Notes: a model not told the origin generated them from the sequence alone. A DNA stretch of 64,000 nt from Octopus vulgaris (GCA_951406725.2 OX597814.1:66154001-66218000), one strand, 5' to 3'. Counted from the first letter of the stretch, positions 1 to 14,587 are shown. Numbers and translations are program-made.

Positions 1-20
1 ACTGGAAGAAGCCCGTCGTA

Positions 21-80
<60 letters not shown>

Positions 81-222
81 GGAGGGTGTATGTGCGTGTT
101 TATGTGTCTGTGTGTGTCCCCCCAACATCGCTTGACAACCGATGCTAGTGTGTTTACGTCCCCCGTAACTTAGCGGTTCGGCAAAAAGAGACCGATAAAA
201 TAAGCACTAGACTTACAAAGAA
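1..222 (+). mobile_element. SINE family A, partial copy (central/3' part)
   Basis: Matches, in reverse complement, the body of the copies at 1420-1793 and 53101-53478 (gaagcccgtcg...tgtttacgtccccgtaacttagcggttcggcaaaaagagaccgat). The head lies outside the window. Confidence 0.8.
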
Positions 223-403
223 TATATATATAAACTATTTAATGATGTTCTCGTTATATATATATCTGTATGTGTATATGAATAAACTATATATGCATCT
301 ATACATACGTGTATGTGTGTGCGCGTGCGTGTGTGCCCGTGTGTGTGCCCGTGTGTATGTGTGTCTATATGCGTGTAAATACATTTATACACAGTCGTGT
401 GTA

Positions 404-473
<70 letters not shown>

Positions 474-918
474 CATATATATATACTTATACACAAAAGT
501 AGCTTTTTGATCATAGACTCACGCACACGTGCACACGCGCATAGACAGAAATATGCATATTGTATGTATATATGTATGCCTGCATGTATGTGTGTATACA
601 TGCCTTCTTTCACTCTACTTTGCTTCCTTTTCAGAACTTCTCAGACTCGCATTCCTTTCTCAAATCTAAGTGTTCCTTACGGCCTTTCATACGTATCTAA
701 TCGAAACATTCACATACTAGCGATCATTGCATATATCTCATTTTTTCTTCACATTCACTAATACGTCTATATATGCACATGTGCACATATACAATACTAT
801 AAATGTACATGTGTATGTATATATTTATATAGATACATATTTTCACAAACACACACAATCATCTACATCAATATAAGCAAGATCATATGTACATATATAA
901 AAATGATAGATGTGCGTG

Positions 919-1104
<186 letters not shown>

Positions 1105-1133
1105 ACGCACATCTATCTGCATATATATACATG

Positions 1134-1195
<62 letters not shown>

Positions 1196-1419
1196 CATGT
1201 ATGCATATATGTAGTATATGTGTGTGTGCAGATATTGTACGCACGAAAATCTGTCGCTCGATGTGTTAGTACGCATCTATATGCATAATATTTGTAAATT
1301 CGCAACGTCTACAACGAGCAGATATGCATGGACCAAACTAAGTAATCGATTGATCAAACAAATAGCTGTTTAGTTGTTCATAAATATATTATTTTATATT
1401 TTATTCTTGTAGTCGTTTA

Positions 1420-1793
1420 TTTGTTTCAGTCACCTGACTGCAGCCATGCTGGAGCACCTCTTTTAGTCAAAGAAATCGACCCCAGGACTTATTCTTTGTA
1501 AGCCTAGTATTTATTCTATCGGAATATCCTGTTGCCGAGCCGCTAAGTTACGAGAACGTAAACACACCAGCATCGGTTGTCAAGCGATGAGGACAAATAT
1601 TTCCACACAATCACACACACAGACATACATACGACAGGCCTCTTTCAGTCTCCGTCTACCAAATCCACTCACAAGGATTTGGTCGGCCCGAGGCTATAGT
1701 AGAAGACGCTTGCCCAAGGTGCCACGTAGCGGGACTGAACCCGGAACCAAGTGGTTGGTAAGCAAGCTACTTACCACACAGCCACTCCTGCGC
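1420..1793 (-). mobile_element. SINE family A, near full length (tRNA-derived head, CORE-like domain)
   Basis: Minus strand reads gcgcaggagTGGCTGTGTGGtaag...GGTTCAGTCCC (Pol III A/B-box-like), then ggcaccttgggcaagcgtcttc (resembles the CORE of MIR-type SINEs). The body is shared by about 10 copies in the window. Confidence 0.85.
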
Positions 1794-1844
<51 letters not shown>

Positions 1845-1914
1845 ATATGGTATAATTATAAACAGGGCAAATTTTTGTAATTTTGCCGAAGACTGAAGAA
1901 AAAAGCGATTAACA

Positions 1915-1957
1915 ACCTTAATCGATTTTCGAACCTTATTGGGTTCTCATCAGAGGC
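1915..1957 (-). ncRNA. Minimal type I hammerhead ribozyme motif
   Basis: Minus strand: gcct-CTGATGA-gaacc caataa ggttc-GAAA-a tcga t-TA-aggt. Intact core, 5-bp stem II, palindromic stem III, 4-bp stem I. Confidence 0.7.
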
Positions 1958-2181
1958 GTGTACTCATTCTGAGAGTCTCCAAAGAAACAAGAAGCCAATC
2001 TCTTTATTATTCAACAAATGCAGCAGTTACTCTATGAAGGAGTCCCTAATTTGCATACCTAAAGTGTTTAACACTCTATAAATACCAGTGGCCTGTCAAT
2101 ATGCCTATATATATATACCGGAGTAAGCACATAAATGTGAAACAAGATGGAATAAAAAGTACTCAAATACCAGAGGTAAGG

Positions 2182-2264
<83 letters not shown>

Positions 2265-2289
2265 TGTATGTATGTATGTATGTATGTAT

Positions 2290-3355
2290 GTGCGCATATC
2301 TGTGTGTCTGTCTGTTCCCTATGTATTCTCAAACGGCTCCACCAAATCAAATCAAATTTTACCAGGTAATTGTATTACACCCTGCAAGTTTCTACATGTA
2401 ATTTTTGATTTTCATTTGGATTAAAACAATATAACATTTTACCTAAATAATCTTTCTATAGTCAACTATAGTAAAGGGCATTTTATACCACGACGACGAC
2501 GACACATTTTGTATATGTGTGTGTGTATGTGTCTATGAGTGCGTGTGTGTTTGTGCGTTCTTTACGTAAATGTATGTCTGCGTGTGTCTGTCTTAGCATA
2601 TGTACGTGAGTGTATGTGAGAGTTATTTGTGTGTCAGTGTATGTGAGAGTGCATGTGTGTATCAGTGTATATGTAAACTATACTAGTTCCAACTCATGAA
2701 ATGGTTGATAAACTCAATCATGAACTCCTTTGAAATTTAACAGATTCATCAGAAACTACTTTTCCCTCATTTGACATAACAGTCGATCAAGATCAGGCTG
2801 TTCAATACCCTATTGCATTTCTGAACACACTTAAACTCCCTGGGATGCTACCGCATAACTTGACACTAAAGCTGGATGATCCCATTATATTGCTTAGGAA
2901 TATTGACCCATCTCGCCCATGTCCTACTCGCAACAATCATAACAGGTAGTCACAAAGAAGAAAATGTCTTTCTTCCAAAATTTCCTCTCATACCTACAGA
3001 TGTTCCATTTGAATTTAAGAGGCTTCAGTTTCCAGTCAATCTCTCAAGATGATTGGGTTTCATCTCTCTATTACAAGCTTTTTTCTATATTGGTTGCTCA
3101 CGAGATGGAAGCAGCAACAATTTATTCATTTGGCTACCAACAATAATTTACACAATGAAGGGCTTCATGAGTGACAGATTTTCAGTTCTAAATTCTATTA
3201 TCATTACAATTTGGATATTTGTAAATAAAATATTGATATTTTGAAATAATGATGAGAAATAAATATATCTTCATATCTATTATATATCTTCATATTCATA
3301 TTTATTGTTTACTAATCTGAATAAGAGCTCGGGCAACGCCGGATAATTCAGCTAG
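2290..3355 (+). mobile_element. Decayed Helitron derivative with PIF1-helicase remnants and a 3' hairpin-CTAG end
   Basis: 2785-3130 translates in broken frames to DQAVQYPIAFLNTLKLPGMLPHNLTLKLDDPIILLRNIDP, NVFLPKFPLIPTDVPFEFKRLQFPV and FYIGCSRDGSSNNLF, which are C-terminal Helitron RepHel helicase motifs. The 3' end is cgggcaacgccgg...CTAG|T at 3330-3356. The 5' boundary is uncertain. Confidence 0.8.
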
Positions 3356-4229
3356 TACATACCAACATACATGCATACACACATATATACATACATACAT
3401 ACATACATACATACATACATACATACATACATGCATACATACATACATACATACATACATACATACATACATACATACATACATACATACATACATAGTT
3501 GCTTAGTTGGTACTGAAATTATAAAACCGTAAACACAATTAAACGCGAAGAAAGTGAAAAAGAGCTCTATATTTTTGAGTAACTATTTAATATGTCGGAT
3601 TAAAATTCCTGCTTCCGTTTTACGCTATTCTAAGTTTCATTTAGCAGAACGTGCTGCCTGGTAGTATAGATTCTAGCACAATTCCAGGGAGTGATGACGT
3701 TTTCTTCACTTTTGCTTCGTGTTACTAGCATAGTGTACACTATTCCGGTTTATTGGGTGTTTACCTGCATACATAAACTTTTTGTTCACATGGACACAAA
3801 AATTAAAACAAATATGCAGCATGTATATTAACACGTACATATTAGACATCTTTTCATACATTTGTAGACTTTTAATAGAAAAAGTTTAACTTAGGGGAAA
3901 TAATTCAATATAGCATATTGGTTTTCAAATATATTCACAAACATTCGTATATCTAAGCATGTACTGTATTATTTTATTTCGTGTTGCTTGCGTATTATAT
4001 TGTATTATATAGTGTTATCTTGTTTGATACTGGTTCCGTAAAATAAAACTCGTGCGAGTTGTGTTAGGTTATTAGGTGGTTATTGTATAAGGTTGGATGA
4101 CATCAATGAGAAGAGCATGCTGAAAATGAATTCTAAATATACGAATGCAAAAAGAAATAAAGAGAATGAATTCTAGTAAGACAACAAAACGAAGAAAATA
4201 AAAATAGTAAGCAAATAAAAAAAACATTC

Positions 4230-5060
4230 AACAATTTAAGACAATATATTTTGAAGATTACGATAAAGAAATTATTTAAGACAAAAGGCATAAGAATGCA
4301 AAAAAGATCTGCATCTTAAAAGATATAATACTGAATCTAAAACTGACCATAGCAAACTTATGCCACTTTTCCTGTGCAGGGTACAATCTTGTACCTAACT
4401 ATGAAGAAAAAGATAGAAACCTTTGAAATATGGATCTTTTGCAGATTGGTCAGCATAAACTGGAAAGACAGGATAACAATTATTTATTGCCAACAGGGGC
4501 CTAAACATAGGGGGAACAAACAAGGACAAACGGATCAAGTCGATTACATCGATTGCAGTGCGTAACTGGTACTTATTTAATCGACCCCGAAAGGATGAAA
4601 AGCAAAGTCGACCTCGGCGGTATTTGAACTCAGAACGTAACGGCAGACGAAATAAACAAGGGGCTAAACACAGAGGGGACAAACAAGGACAGACAAACGG
4701 ATTAAGTCGATTATATCGATCCCAGTGCGTAACTGGTACTTATTTAATCGACCGCGAAAGGATGAAAGGCAAAGTCGACCTCGGCGGAATTTGAACTCAA
4801 AGCGTAACGGCTGACGAAATACGGCTACGCATTTCGCCCGGCGCGTTAACGTTTCTGCCAGCTCACCGATACTAGAAAAGCTGAAAGTCTAAAACACCTA
4901 TTATCGAGACTCAGGTCCACTGAGCTATTAAATGTTGGACATTGCATGCACCCAATACTGTTCTGACTATGGGACTGGAAAATAGGAGCCTTGTTGATGG
5001 TATGCATGCAACACAGCACAGGAAACTGGAGAGCCTTGGTACGCCAACCACTGGACACAG
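4230..5060 (+). mobile_element. Old RTE-like LINE 3' remnant interrupted by SINEs
   Basis: KKKIETFEIWIFCRLVSINWKDRIT resembles the post-RT region of RTE LINEs. After the SINE insertion, VGHCM and NWRALVRQ-like terminal motifs follow. Confidence 0.5.
4492..4868 (-). mobile_element. SINE family B, two tandem copies (one 5'-truncated)
   Basis: 4492-4655 and 4657-4868 repeat ggggctaaacacagaggggacaaac...gaaaggatgaaaggcaaagtcgacctcggcgg...tttgaactc. The second copy carries the head (minus strand gagctggcagaaacgtta, B-box-like gagttcaaattcc). Confidence 0.85.
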
Positions 5061-7495
5061 AGAGAACTGGTTAATGGTTGATGACAGTATAGGGTAGGAG
5101 TGAGCATAATGAATGTACTGAAAACTAATGAATTGTACTCTGTTATATGAATTACTGTAATAGAAAATAACCAAATATTTAAGAATCCTATAACGAAACT
5201 GCTCCCAAATAAGTCTTTCGTCTTTGATACACTAAAACTGAAAAAGATGAATGATCACAGCTGGGACACCACTGGTCATTGGACTGCTTACACAGGGCTG
5301 ACCTGGGGCTAAACAACAACAAGTCAACATTTTATTTCTTTTTTTTTTTGTTTTATTTTCATGTGGCTTTTGTGTAGGTTGTAAATATGGTGTCCTTGTG
5401 ATCCAAAATAGTAAAAAAATATACAAAAAGTAAATAAACGGTAAAAAGAAACTCCAAAATAATATTTAAAGAACTAAGTATGTAGTGGAAACTGTTTATT
5501 TGAAAGCTTTAAAAAAATCCTACTGATAAATGTTATCTCCACACTGAAGAGGTGTCATTTCTGCTGATGTCAAGCTCACTTGTCCGAATCTGCCGACAGA
5601 TTTTAAGTTAAACAAACAGCAAAAACAATAATGTCTATGAGATGAAATGTTAAATGAAAATCTGTGGCATACATTTTGAGTAAAAGATATAAACGAAAAC
5701 AAGAAGAGAAAAAAATCAGTAAGGCGGTAAAAAGAAAGAAAAGCAATGCATTTTATTTAACCTAGTTCAATCCTGATCGTGCGAACTTATTATCAAGGCA
5801 TTCTAACTATGACCATCTAGCCTCATCTATAAGTGTCTAGAGTGTTCAATAATTCCTCCTTCTATAAAACAATAATGTGTGTGATCTGAGGCAAATTCAG
5901 CTGCTATTTCTTGGAGTTCAAGCAACCACATAGAAGAAGAAAGCAATTGCATTTTAACAAAATTAAAGAGCCGTATTATGAATTAAGAGTTGATTTCTAA
6001 CATAGACAAAAGACCTTGTCTTAAGGGAAGGAGACTGTGGAATCGGCTCAGTATTTGTCTATCGACGTAGAAAGATTGAAAATCTAAGACTGCTTCGGTG
6101 AGACGCAACTGTTCGATGCTGTATTCACACTACCGATCTATCTCCCCTATTTAAAGAGTATTGACTCACTATTTGACTGGTACTTTATTTTATCAAACTG
6201 AAAAGAACGAATGTAAGTTAAGACTTACATTGTAAGTTGTAAGTTAAGACTTACTTAAAGAATGTCAAATATCACTGGAGCCAATTTTCAGTAAAATGAG
6301 CACTAGTCATACCGTTCGATTTAAGGTGACCGATCAATTACATCGACTCTTTGTAACAAATATATGCTTCTCGTTGATCGAAGCAATATTTCACTTTAAT
6401 TTCGAAGACTATTGTTGGATAAGAACTAATACACTTGACAATCTTGGTTCGAATCCTGCTAAAAGCAACTTTCTTTTCACTCACAGTAGTAATACTTTTT
6501 GAAAAAAACTATGGATATCACAGCATTGTATACATGTGTGAATTTATATACATATGTGTGTGTGTTTGTTCGAGTACAGCATTGCTTTACATAATTTCCG
6601 TAAAACTATTGAATTTTTTGCTTTATCGTAACAAACCAAAAGTTAAACTTATTTGGGGAAAATGCAGATGCCAGAGTAAGTTGAAAACTGAGCAGGTGTT
6701 AATTCAGATTCTTCAGATCATATTTGTCTTTCGCCAGTTTATTGGGAATTAAGTATGCTGCTACTGGGATAGGAACTTTTGGACTGGGATGTTATCAGGT
6801 GAGAACCAGATCTTCAGTGATCAGAGTTGGTAGCGGCACCTTGCACTGTAGCGTAGGTACCTGGACACGATCTGTCAACCATTCTGCCTGAAATCTAACA
6901 TAAAAGCAAATCAGCAAATCATTAATCCAAAATTCGATTCGTAGGTAAATTATATCTTCATTTCTTACGTTTTTTTAGTTTTCCCATAAGCGGTAGTTCT
7001 CGGTTGACAATGACGCTAACCTACTGGCGAGACGACGTTGCAATACACTCTCAAATACCGGTAAAAAACTTGGGAACACTTCTTCTTAACTTTACCTTTG
7101 TTCTGAGGCCATATTCAATAAACAGAGAGAGGAATGCCTTTCCCTAAGTCCAGAAGCCTTTGACATGCTACATGAAAGATGCTGTTTCAATGGCTGTCAA
7201 AGTAAGCGCTGGTGTATGTTTGTTATGTGTGTGTAGTATATTGTATTTAGAAGAAACTTGAATTATGTGAGACAATAAATGATTACCAAGCTGGCCAATC
7301 TCAAATCAAACAAGCAATCTCTCTCCAGTAGCCATTTATCATTTCCTTAATGCTTTGTTCGTTTATTCTTCCTTTCGCGTATTTATTCAAACGTATTAGC
7401 GTTATTATTACTCTAATAGTATCTGTTACATAGATTTCTGAAGAAATTCTTCCAGCACAAACACAGACATACAAACACACACATACGGATTGATG

Positions 7496-7538
7496 GATAG
7501 ATGGACAGACGGACAGACAGACGGACAGACAGACAGAC

Positions 7539-7603
<65 letters not shown>
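7496..7603. repeat. (GACA)n/(GATA)n compound microsatellite
   Basis: Direct tetranucleotide repeats. Confidence 0.95.
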
Positions 7604-7712
7604 TGTGCTTGTAATCATCATGCAATATTAGAGGTTATGAATATATGACATATTGTATACATAGCCGATTTTAACAAATAGTCTAATGTATACACACATA
7701 AATATAGATGCG

Positions 7713-7780
<68 letters not shown>

Positions 7781-8566
7781 CGTGTATATATATATATATA
7801 TATATATATGACTGCACACATAAATATCTGCAAGTCTATATGTATGTCAATGTCTATAAACGGGTGAATGAATGAACTGACGAAAATATGATTATCGCTG
7901 AAAGAGGGGCGTAAGAAACCTTGACGAATACGTCTGCCGACTTGAAGACACCAGCTATTTCCGTTACTCTCAGCTTTGATTAACATCACATTTTGTTTTT
8001 TACTTGAGAAGGCCCTAACTATAGAAGCACTGACGCACGCACACACACACACACATACACACACACACACACACACAAACACACTCATATATATATATAT
8101 ATATATACATGGATATTTATATGTACATACATACATATATATATATATATTTGAAAAATGGCTTTTCGGCTAATTTTTCCACTTTCATAATTAGATGTTT
8201 ATAAATTTTTTGGGTGTTTACAATTTGAAACTACTGAATCAAATGTTGCATACATGAATTGTTTGACTACTTGTTTGTCAGGGACTGGTCAAGTGATGTA
8301 GATACCTTTCATTGGGACCCAACAAAGTTCGAAAAATCTATTAAGGTTGTTCATTTTTTTCTTTATTTCCTTATTTCTTTCTTTCTTTCTTCCTTATTTT
8401 CTTTTTTTTTTCTTTCTTTCAGTCTACGGAAAAATAGTTAAATTTGCAGCGTTTGAATATCTACTCCATAGGTTTTATATGTGTGTGTGCGCGCGCGCAT
8501 GTGTGCATGTGTTTGTGTGTGTATACATGTGTGAATTTATATACATATGTGTGTGTGTTTGTGCGA

Positions 8567-8601
<35 letters not shown>

Positions 8602-8639
8602 ATTGTACAGTCAGCTTAATCCCTTCCAAATTTAAAAGG

Positions 8640-8733
8640 GGTGGCACCTTGAGCAAGTGTCTTCTACAATATAGCATCGGACCGACCAAGGTCATGTGAG
8701 TGGGTTTAGTAGTCGAAACTGAAAGAAACCCGT

Positions 8734-8785
<52 letters not shown>

Positions 8786-8930
8786 CGTGCGTGTGTGTAT
8801 CTTTGTGCTTGTGTTTTTTTTCCTTCACCACCGCTTAATAAACGGTGTTGGTGTGTTTACGTCTCTGTAACTTTGCGGTTCGGCAAAAGTACCAGGCTTC
8901 CTTAAAAAAAAATACTGGGTCGATTCATCC
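8640..8930 (+). mobile_element. SINE family A, diverged headless copy
   Basis: gtggcaccttgagcaagtgtcttctac...gaaactgaaagaaacccg...gcggttcggcaaaag. Confidence 0.75.
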
Positions 8931-8935
8931 GACTA

Positions 8936-9226
<291 letters not shown>

Positions 9227-9291
9227 TGACTGCCGGACGTACGCGTATAGATATTAAATCATACGGTAGTCACTAAATTTTACATACAATA

Positions 9292-10574
9292 TATTGGGTC
9301 ATCCCATAAATAATGCGGTATTTTTTCAATTGTCGAACTAAAAGTTGGAGGGGGTTGGGAGAATCTACCTACATCAACTTGCTATAAAAGCTGATAGTAA
9401 TTTTACCTTGTTCTCATTCTTAGTGCAAATTTTGAAGAGCGCAGTTCGATTTTAACAGTTATTTCAAAGCTATTAATAGAAGTAACAAAGGGGCATATTC
9501 TATATATTTTGCTTTATGAGTTCAATAAAGGTAACTACGCAGCGGAAATGCGAGGAATATTAATGCAGTATATAGGAATCGGACAATAAGCGTAAATCAG
9601 AGTCAACGATGGTTCCAGGAATTCCGAGCCGGAAACTACAGTTTAGAAGACGAGCCTCGTCCTGGAAGATCTGTAAAGCTCGACGAGGGCGTCTTGCAAA
9701 CACTGGTGGAGCAAAATCACGTCGTAACTGTTGATGAACTAGTAGAGAAGCTTGGATTTAATTATTCAGCCATTCATCGACACCTGCGTGCCATTGGAAA
9801 AGTAAGCAAATTGGTCACCGGGTTCCTCGCAAACTTTTCGAGTCTAATTGCGCGCAGCGAGTGAATGTGTGCTCCTCTTTGCGGTCACATCTCGCGAATG
9901 AACCCTTTTTGAACCGAATAGTGACTGGTGACGAGAAATGGGTTTTCTGTAACAATGTCAAGCACCGAAAATTGTAGGTAGGGAAAGGAGAAACACTGGC
10001 ACTCCAGGCTAAAGGTCTTTACCCATGTATGGTATTGTTGTCTGTTTGGTGAGTTATGAGAGGTTTAGTCTACTTTGAACTTTTAAACCCAAACCAAAAT
10101 GATAACAAAGGAGATCTACTGCGGGCAGCTTGAGGAGCTTAAGTCAGCACTAGGAGAAAAACGACCATCTTTAGTTTCAAGACGAAAGGTGTTCTTCTAT
10201 TAGGATAATGCTCGGCCACATACAGCGAGGATGACATTCCAAGGACTGAAGCAGTTTGAATGGGAAACGATGCCCCACCCACCATATTCGCCGACATTTC
10301 CCCCATCTGATTATCATTTATTCCGCAGTTTTCAAAAGCATTTGGACGGTAAAAATATGAATTCTGTGGACTAGGTCAAAATAGTAGTGGAGTATTTTTC
10401 ATCACGGACAAATAAATTTTGGAAGACAGGCCTTGCAAGTCTACCAGATAGATGGAAGTGCATTGCAGAAAATGAAGGAGAGTATGTTTTAGATTAAAAG
10501 AGAACTTTTTTTATCATAATTTTGTAAAATAAAAGAAGTATATAAAAACGCTTTATTTATGGGATAACCTAATA
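9292..10574 (+). mobile_element. Full-length defective mariner (DD34D) transposon
   Basis: TA-ttgggtcatcccataaataatgcg ... cgctttatttatgggataacctaa-TA inverted termini, about 1.28 kb. Broken transposase at about 9476-10497 with RPGR, VTGDEKW, DNARPH and PHPPYSP..SDYHLF motifs. Confidence 0.93.
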
Positions 10575-12944
10575 CATAGATAGAACAACAAATAATCTAA
10601 TTCCATTATTTTTTAAGAGTTTTAAGACATGTCATTTATCATCTTACATAATTTATGTAATACGTTTTAACGTATTGCTTAACTATATAAATGTTACATT
10701 AATGGTGATGTGCTCAGTGGGTCACTGATAGAATTACCACCTTCCATTTTCTGTGTTCATATCTCTTTTTTGTGTATCTGAGCAAAACATTTAATTATAT
10801 ACATTCCAGCTCTCGTCATTCGCAGCATTCTTTCCCCGGGGGCGGTGGGTGGGGGGTGATAATGATTTCTCCGAAACCGGAGCTAAGCACTGGTAGGAAT
10901 GAATGATTTTCAAAATTAATATGACGTCAGTAACCCTGAAATAAATTTGCAGTCCATTTCAGTAACTAACTATGAGTTAAAGATCGTCTATATTGTCAAT
11001 ATTTCTGAATGTTGCAGTCAGCCACATCGATATTGGCCAAGGAGTCAATAGTTCATATTCTATCACCATTGCGTTAATGAACCAACGACTAAGACGCTAA
11101 ATGTTCAATAGCCCAGTCCATCTTTATGTAATTAGATATGATGACTATTACAGCTTACTGCTGCAGGCACTAGGAGTGTTACATAATTAACGAGTAGGTT
11201 TTTTTTAAAGTTTACAGTGTTGAGTTCAAATCCTTACTTGCAGCTAGTGTAGAATAGGAAACGACTCCGCATGAGACTTTGAATTCGCCAAGATCACAGG
11301 GAGTTCAATCCCCACACGACACCTTCAGATATGTTAAATAGTAGAAAACAAGTACACAAACTACTTCAATAATTCAAACATTTTAATCAAATATTTAGAG
11401 CTAAAATAAAAATAAATACGAAAATAAAATTTTTCAGAAGTCGTAAAAAGAATATAAATGTAGGAAAATTTAAATAAACTTCTGGGTGTTTTTATTGTAT
11501 TTTTCTTCTTTTGTTGCAAATTTGAAGTTCCTTAACACCATCAGCATTCTAAAATACTGGGTGACGAGACGAACAAATGAATAAACCAATAAATAAGCGA
11601 GAAGGGAATGAATTCTAGAGTAATTTTAATTTTCAGAAAATTATTAGTTATTTTATCTGAGAGAGACATGAATATCACATAATCTGTTCACTTTTAACAA
11701 ATAAAATGTCAATTTTTCGTACCTCATGTGTTAAAAGCAATGAAATAAAATTTATGATACTGTTGATAGTTGTCGAGAATTTTGCATGAAATAATATTTT
11801 GGTGTTGACATAACATTTAAATCATTGAACTCGACAAAATAAAAAGCAGTATATAACTGGTGAATCTCTTAAATCGACTATATCAACCTCGTTGCTGTAT
11901 AACAAGACATCGGTATCACGAATATGACAAGTTGTCAAAATGTATTTTTCTTTGATTAGCTTAAAGCTGTTTCTAATAATTACCATATAATCAAATTTAG
12001 AGAACTTTATCATATACTAACTTACCTGCTGTTTAAAACTAGATTCTAAATAAGATCGTCAAAATATATTGGCTCATCGATGAAAACATCGTTTGCATGT
12101 CTTGTGTAAAAGATAATTTAATAATGCGGGGTCTGTTCTTTAGATGAACTGAACAGGCCATGCTAGATTCAATATACCCAATATACCTAATTATTGAAAA
12201 GCATATTTAATACATGGAACATTTATTCTCAGAATGGTACATAATATCCAGTGAGACGAAAATAATAGTTGTCCATGGCTATTAAGCATTTTATTCATCT
12301 TCCCGAGAACTGTAGCAGACGACTGTGTTAGTGCGTAGGGTTGTACTGAATAATAAATATCGGAGCGAAGCACCGCGCTATCCTTAGGCGTGAATGAATT
12401 ACTAAATAAACGTGATTTTAAGTTTTTATCATTGATATACAGAAGAATGCATTAAATATGATATTAAATTTGTAAATCAAGAAAGTTGTGTTTTATTCAC
12501 TTAATAACCTAATGTATCACGGCCATCTAGAATCTGACAAGTACTGATTCGTCTATGCTTCGAAATTTCGGCAAGTGCACAGTTGTCCTTATACTTATCA
12601 AAGGACCCATTAATTTCTTAAAAGTGATCCAATCATTCGTTGTCAAACATTATGTCATTCTAGTTTTAGGGTTTTCAACATAAGAAGACACACTCATACG
12701 CATGCCTGTGTTTACACATGGGATGCAAGGTGAAAGAGGAAGAAACGGGGACACGCGTGTATGCGCTGACACGTGTACTATGCAACTGAATGTAATGTGT
12801 ATAGAGAGTAAGAAAAATTATCTGTAATGAAAAGCTGAAGACTAAATTACATAGATAAATACTCAGTAACATATTGTGCCTGCGTATGTGTGTTTATGCA
12901 TGCGTGTATGTATGTATGTGTATGCGTTTCTATACAAAATGTAT

Positions 12945-13028
<84 letters not shown>

Positions 13029-14461
13029 GTGTGTGTGAACATGTGCATGAATACACAATTTATGTGCACATATATGCTTGTGTGTGTGTGCGTGAGTGTT
13101 GCGTATTTATGCATATGTGTGTGTATGAATACATATACACACACATACACATATATATATATACTAACACAAATACATGAGCACATGTATTATATGTATA
13201 TAATATATATCCAAACACACACTCGCACAGATGTCAATATGTATGCATGTATGTCACCGATCTAGGCGGGATAAGTAAACAATGCGATGGAAAAAGAACA
13301 GAAATGAAAAAATAATTATGAAACGAAAATGGAAGGAAATGAAAGTACAAAAGAGAATAAGAAAGGAAATGTCCTGCTAAATATGGAAGGCAATAGGGAT
13401 TATGTCCGCCCGATGCCTCGTCGCAAGAAAGGATCACCCGCTATGTCACAGAGGAGTGTCCTATAAAAAGAAAACACGAAAAATAAAAATAATTCAGTTT
13501 AGAATGCTTGTCGCCATTGTCAGACACTTAAAAGTCACTCATGTCTAAACAATGTGTACTGGTGAGGATACTAAACGCGTCATGAGCCGAGAGTGAACTG
13601 GGGTGAGAGAATATTAAGAAGTAATTCGTTTATCCTGAAATAAAGAAAAAAGTGGAAGAGAGGAGCGAGCATGCGAGAGAGAGGGAGAGAGAGGCGGTAA
13701 AAGTGAAAACTAACGAACGTTATACAGGCGGAAAAATAGAGTAAGAGAATGTGTAAGCAAAGGAGTGATTAATTATGATTTTGATGCTAGAGGGCATTCT
13801 AAGGCGGTAATTAAATAAGAACGGTGGAAGGAAAGATACAACTAAAGGAAAAACATGGGATGCAAGGTGAAGAAAGAGAAGTGAAAATGAAAGTAAAAGA
13901 AAATCCCATCTATATCTTGTTTGTGGATAACATTTACCTGAAAATGGGAATTTAGAGATAATTAATTCTATATTTTTCTAAGAAATTTAAGTACAACGAA
14001 TTTTATATTTCTCTGAGAAATACAAATTATTAATTTATTGCATTTCATCTTCTCTCAACAGGTTCTATATTTTCTACATACAGATAGACAAAAGCGCAGA
14101 ATAAACATTTCCAACTCAAAGAAGAAATAGTCGAAATGTTATAACTAGCAGCCATCCAATGAATGTAATTAAAATATGTCTAAATAATGACAATATAGAT
14201 TATTTCCTTTCAGAAGGAAAGTTTTACTTGCTTTTAAAGACACATTTTTTCAGCATTTCCCCACTCTTTTCTTTTTTTTAAATTCACTTTTAAAAACACT
14301 GTTTCCAATGGTTGAGGTTGTCCGAAGTCTGTGCCTTGATCTTCATGTATATATGCATATATGCCATTGTTGAAGTCAGAAATATTTGTATTTCGCAAGT
14401 ATTTCTTGGCCATATTTGGTTGAACTAAATGCTATATTTATTGGATTCCTGAGCACTAAAT

Positions 14462-14499
14462 TCTCTTTCTCTTTCTTTCTCTCTCTCTCTCTTTCTTTC

Positions 14500-14584
<85 letters not shown>
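14462..14584. repeat. (CT)n microsatellite
   Basis: Polypyrimidine dinucleotide run. Confidence 0.95.

Positions 14585-14587
<3 letters not shown>

Noticed and set aside
4846-5058. Minus-strand ORF with LQFPVLCCMHTINKA, superficially like the Helitron QFPV...MTINK motif
   Set aside because: No flanking helicase motifs. The plus strand is better explained as the continuation of the RTE remnant.
6690-6910. Minus-strand acceptor-like site (ttttatgttagatttcag|G) followed by GC-richer sequence
   Set aside because: All three frames close within about 30 codons and no recognisable protein or matching donor is seen.
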